Made by a program: the position numbers and the translations under genes
Shown: positions 63,862 through 64,000 of the stretch, piece by piece
How the letters are laid out: every line of letters begins with the position of its first letter
Position numbering within the stretch: position 1 is the first letter of the stretch
Notes under the pieces: model-generated
What the model was told of the DNA's origin: nothing
The model's database searches: none
The model's input: the letters and a program-made list of their open reading frames with translations, nothing else
Source of the DNA: Felis catus
Taxonomy: Eukaryota
DNA length: 64,000 nucleotides
Assembly (NCBI RefSeq): GCF_018350175.1
Contig: NC_058368.1
Span: forward strand, 29,266,001 to 29,330,000
Direction of reading: 5' to 3'

Positions 63862-64000
63862 TTTTTTTTAATTTTTTAAAAATGTTTTATTTATTTTTGA
63901 GTGGGAGAGAGTATGAGAGAGGGAGGGACAGAGAGAGAGACAGAGAGAGGGACACATAGAATCCAAAGCAGGCTCCAGGCTCTGAGCTGTCAGCACAGAG
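63862..64000 (-). mobile_element. Can-SINE cut by the window edge
   Basis: T tail, (GA)n and caggctccaggctctgagctgtcagcacagag. Confidence 0.9.

Noticed and set aside
147..64000. tRNA genes or a CRISPR-like repeat array
   Set aside because: The tRNA-like A/B-box sequences are SINE heads. The repeats are dispersed, ~200 bp long, with poly(A) tails and TSDs, not regularly spaced short repeats. The DNA is eukaryotic.

Overview
This is mammalian genomic DNA, almost certainly felid, judged from dozens of feliform Can-SINE (SINEC_Fc-type) copies and carnivore L1. It holds the last three coding exons of MTRF1 (+; 4407-4543, 8701-8799, 13672-13785) and a decayed MORF4L1 (MRG15) processed pseudogene fragment (~19989-20730). 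It also holds the single-exon KBTBD7 CDS (+; 23435-25474, 679 aa), with a CpG-island promoter carrying paired ZNF143-type motifs and a SINE-free 3' UTR. The distal ~28 kb is almost entirely nested transposon debris (L1 within L1 within older L1, Tigger1, Tigger2, many SINEs). I found no convincing new multi-gene system. The most unusual signals are a TSD-flanked, 5'-intact but 3'-truncated L1, a SINE dimer with one shared TSD, two fold-back inverted repeats, a diverged 55-bp duplication downstream of KBTBD7 and strong splice donors in the KBTBD7 leader. Gene and repeat names come from recognising sequences from memory, not from database searches. Repeat boundaries are approximate (about +/-10-30 nt) unless a TSD is quoted.
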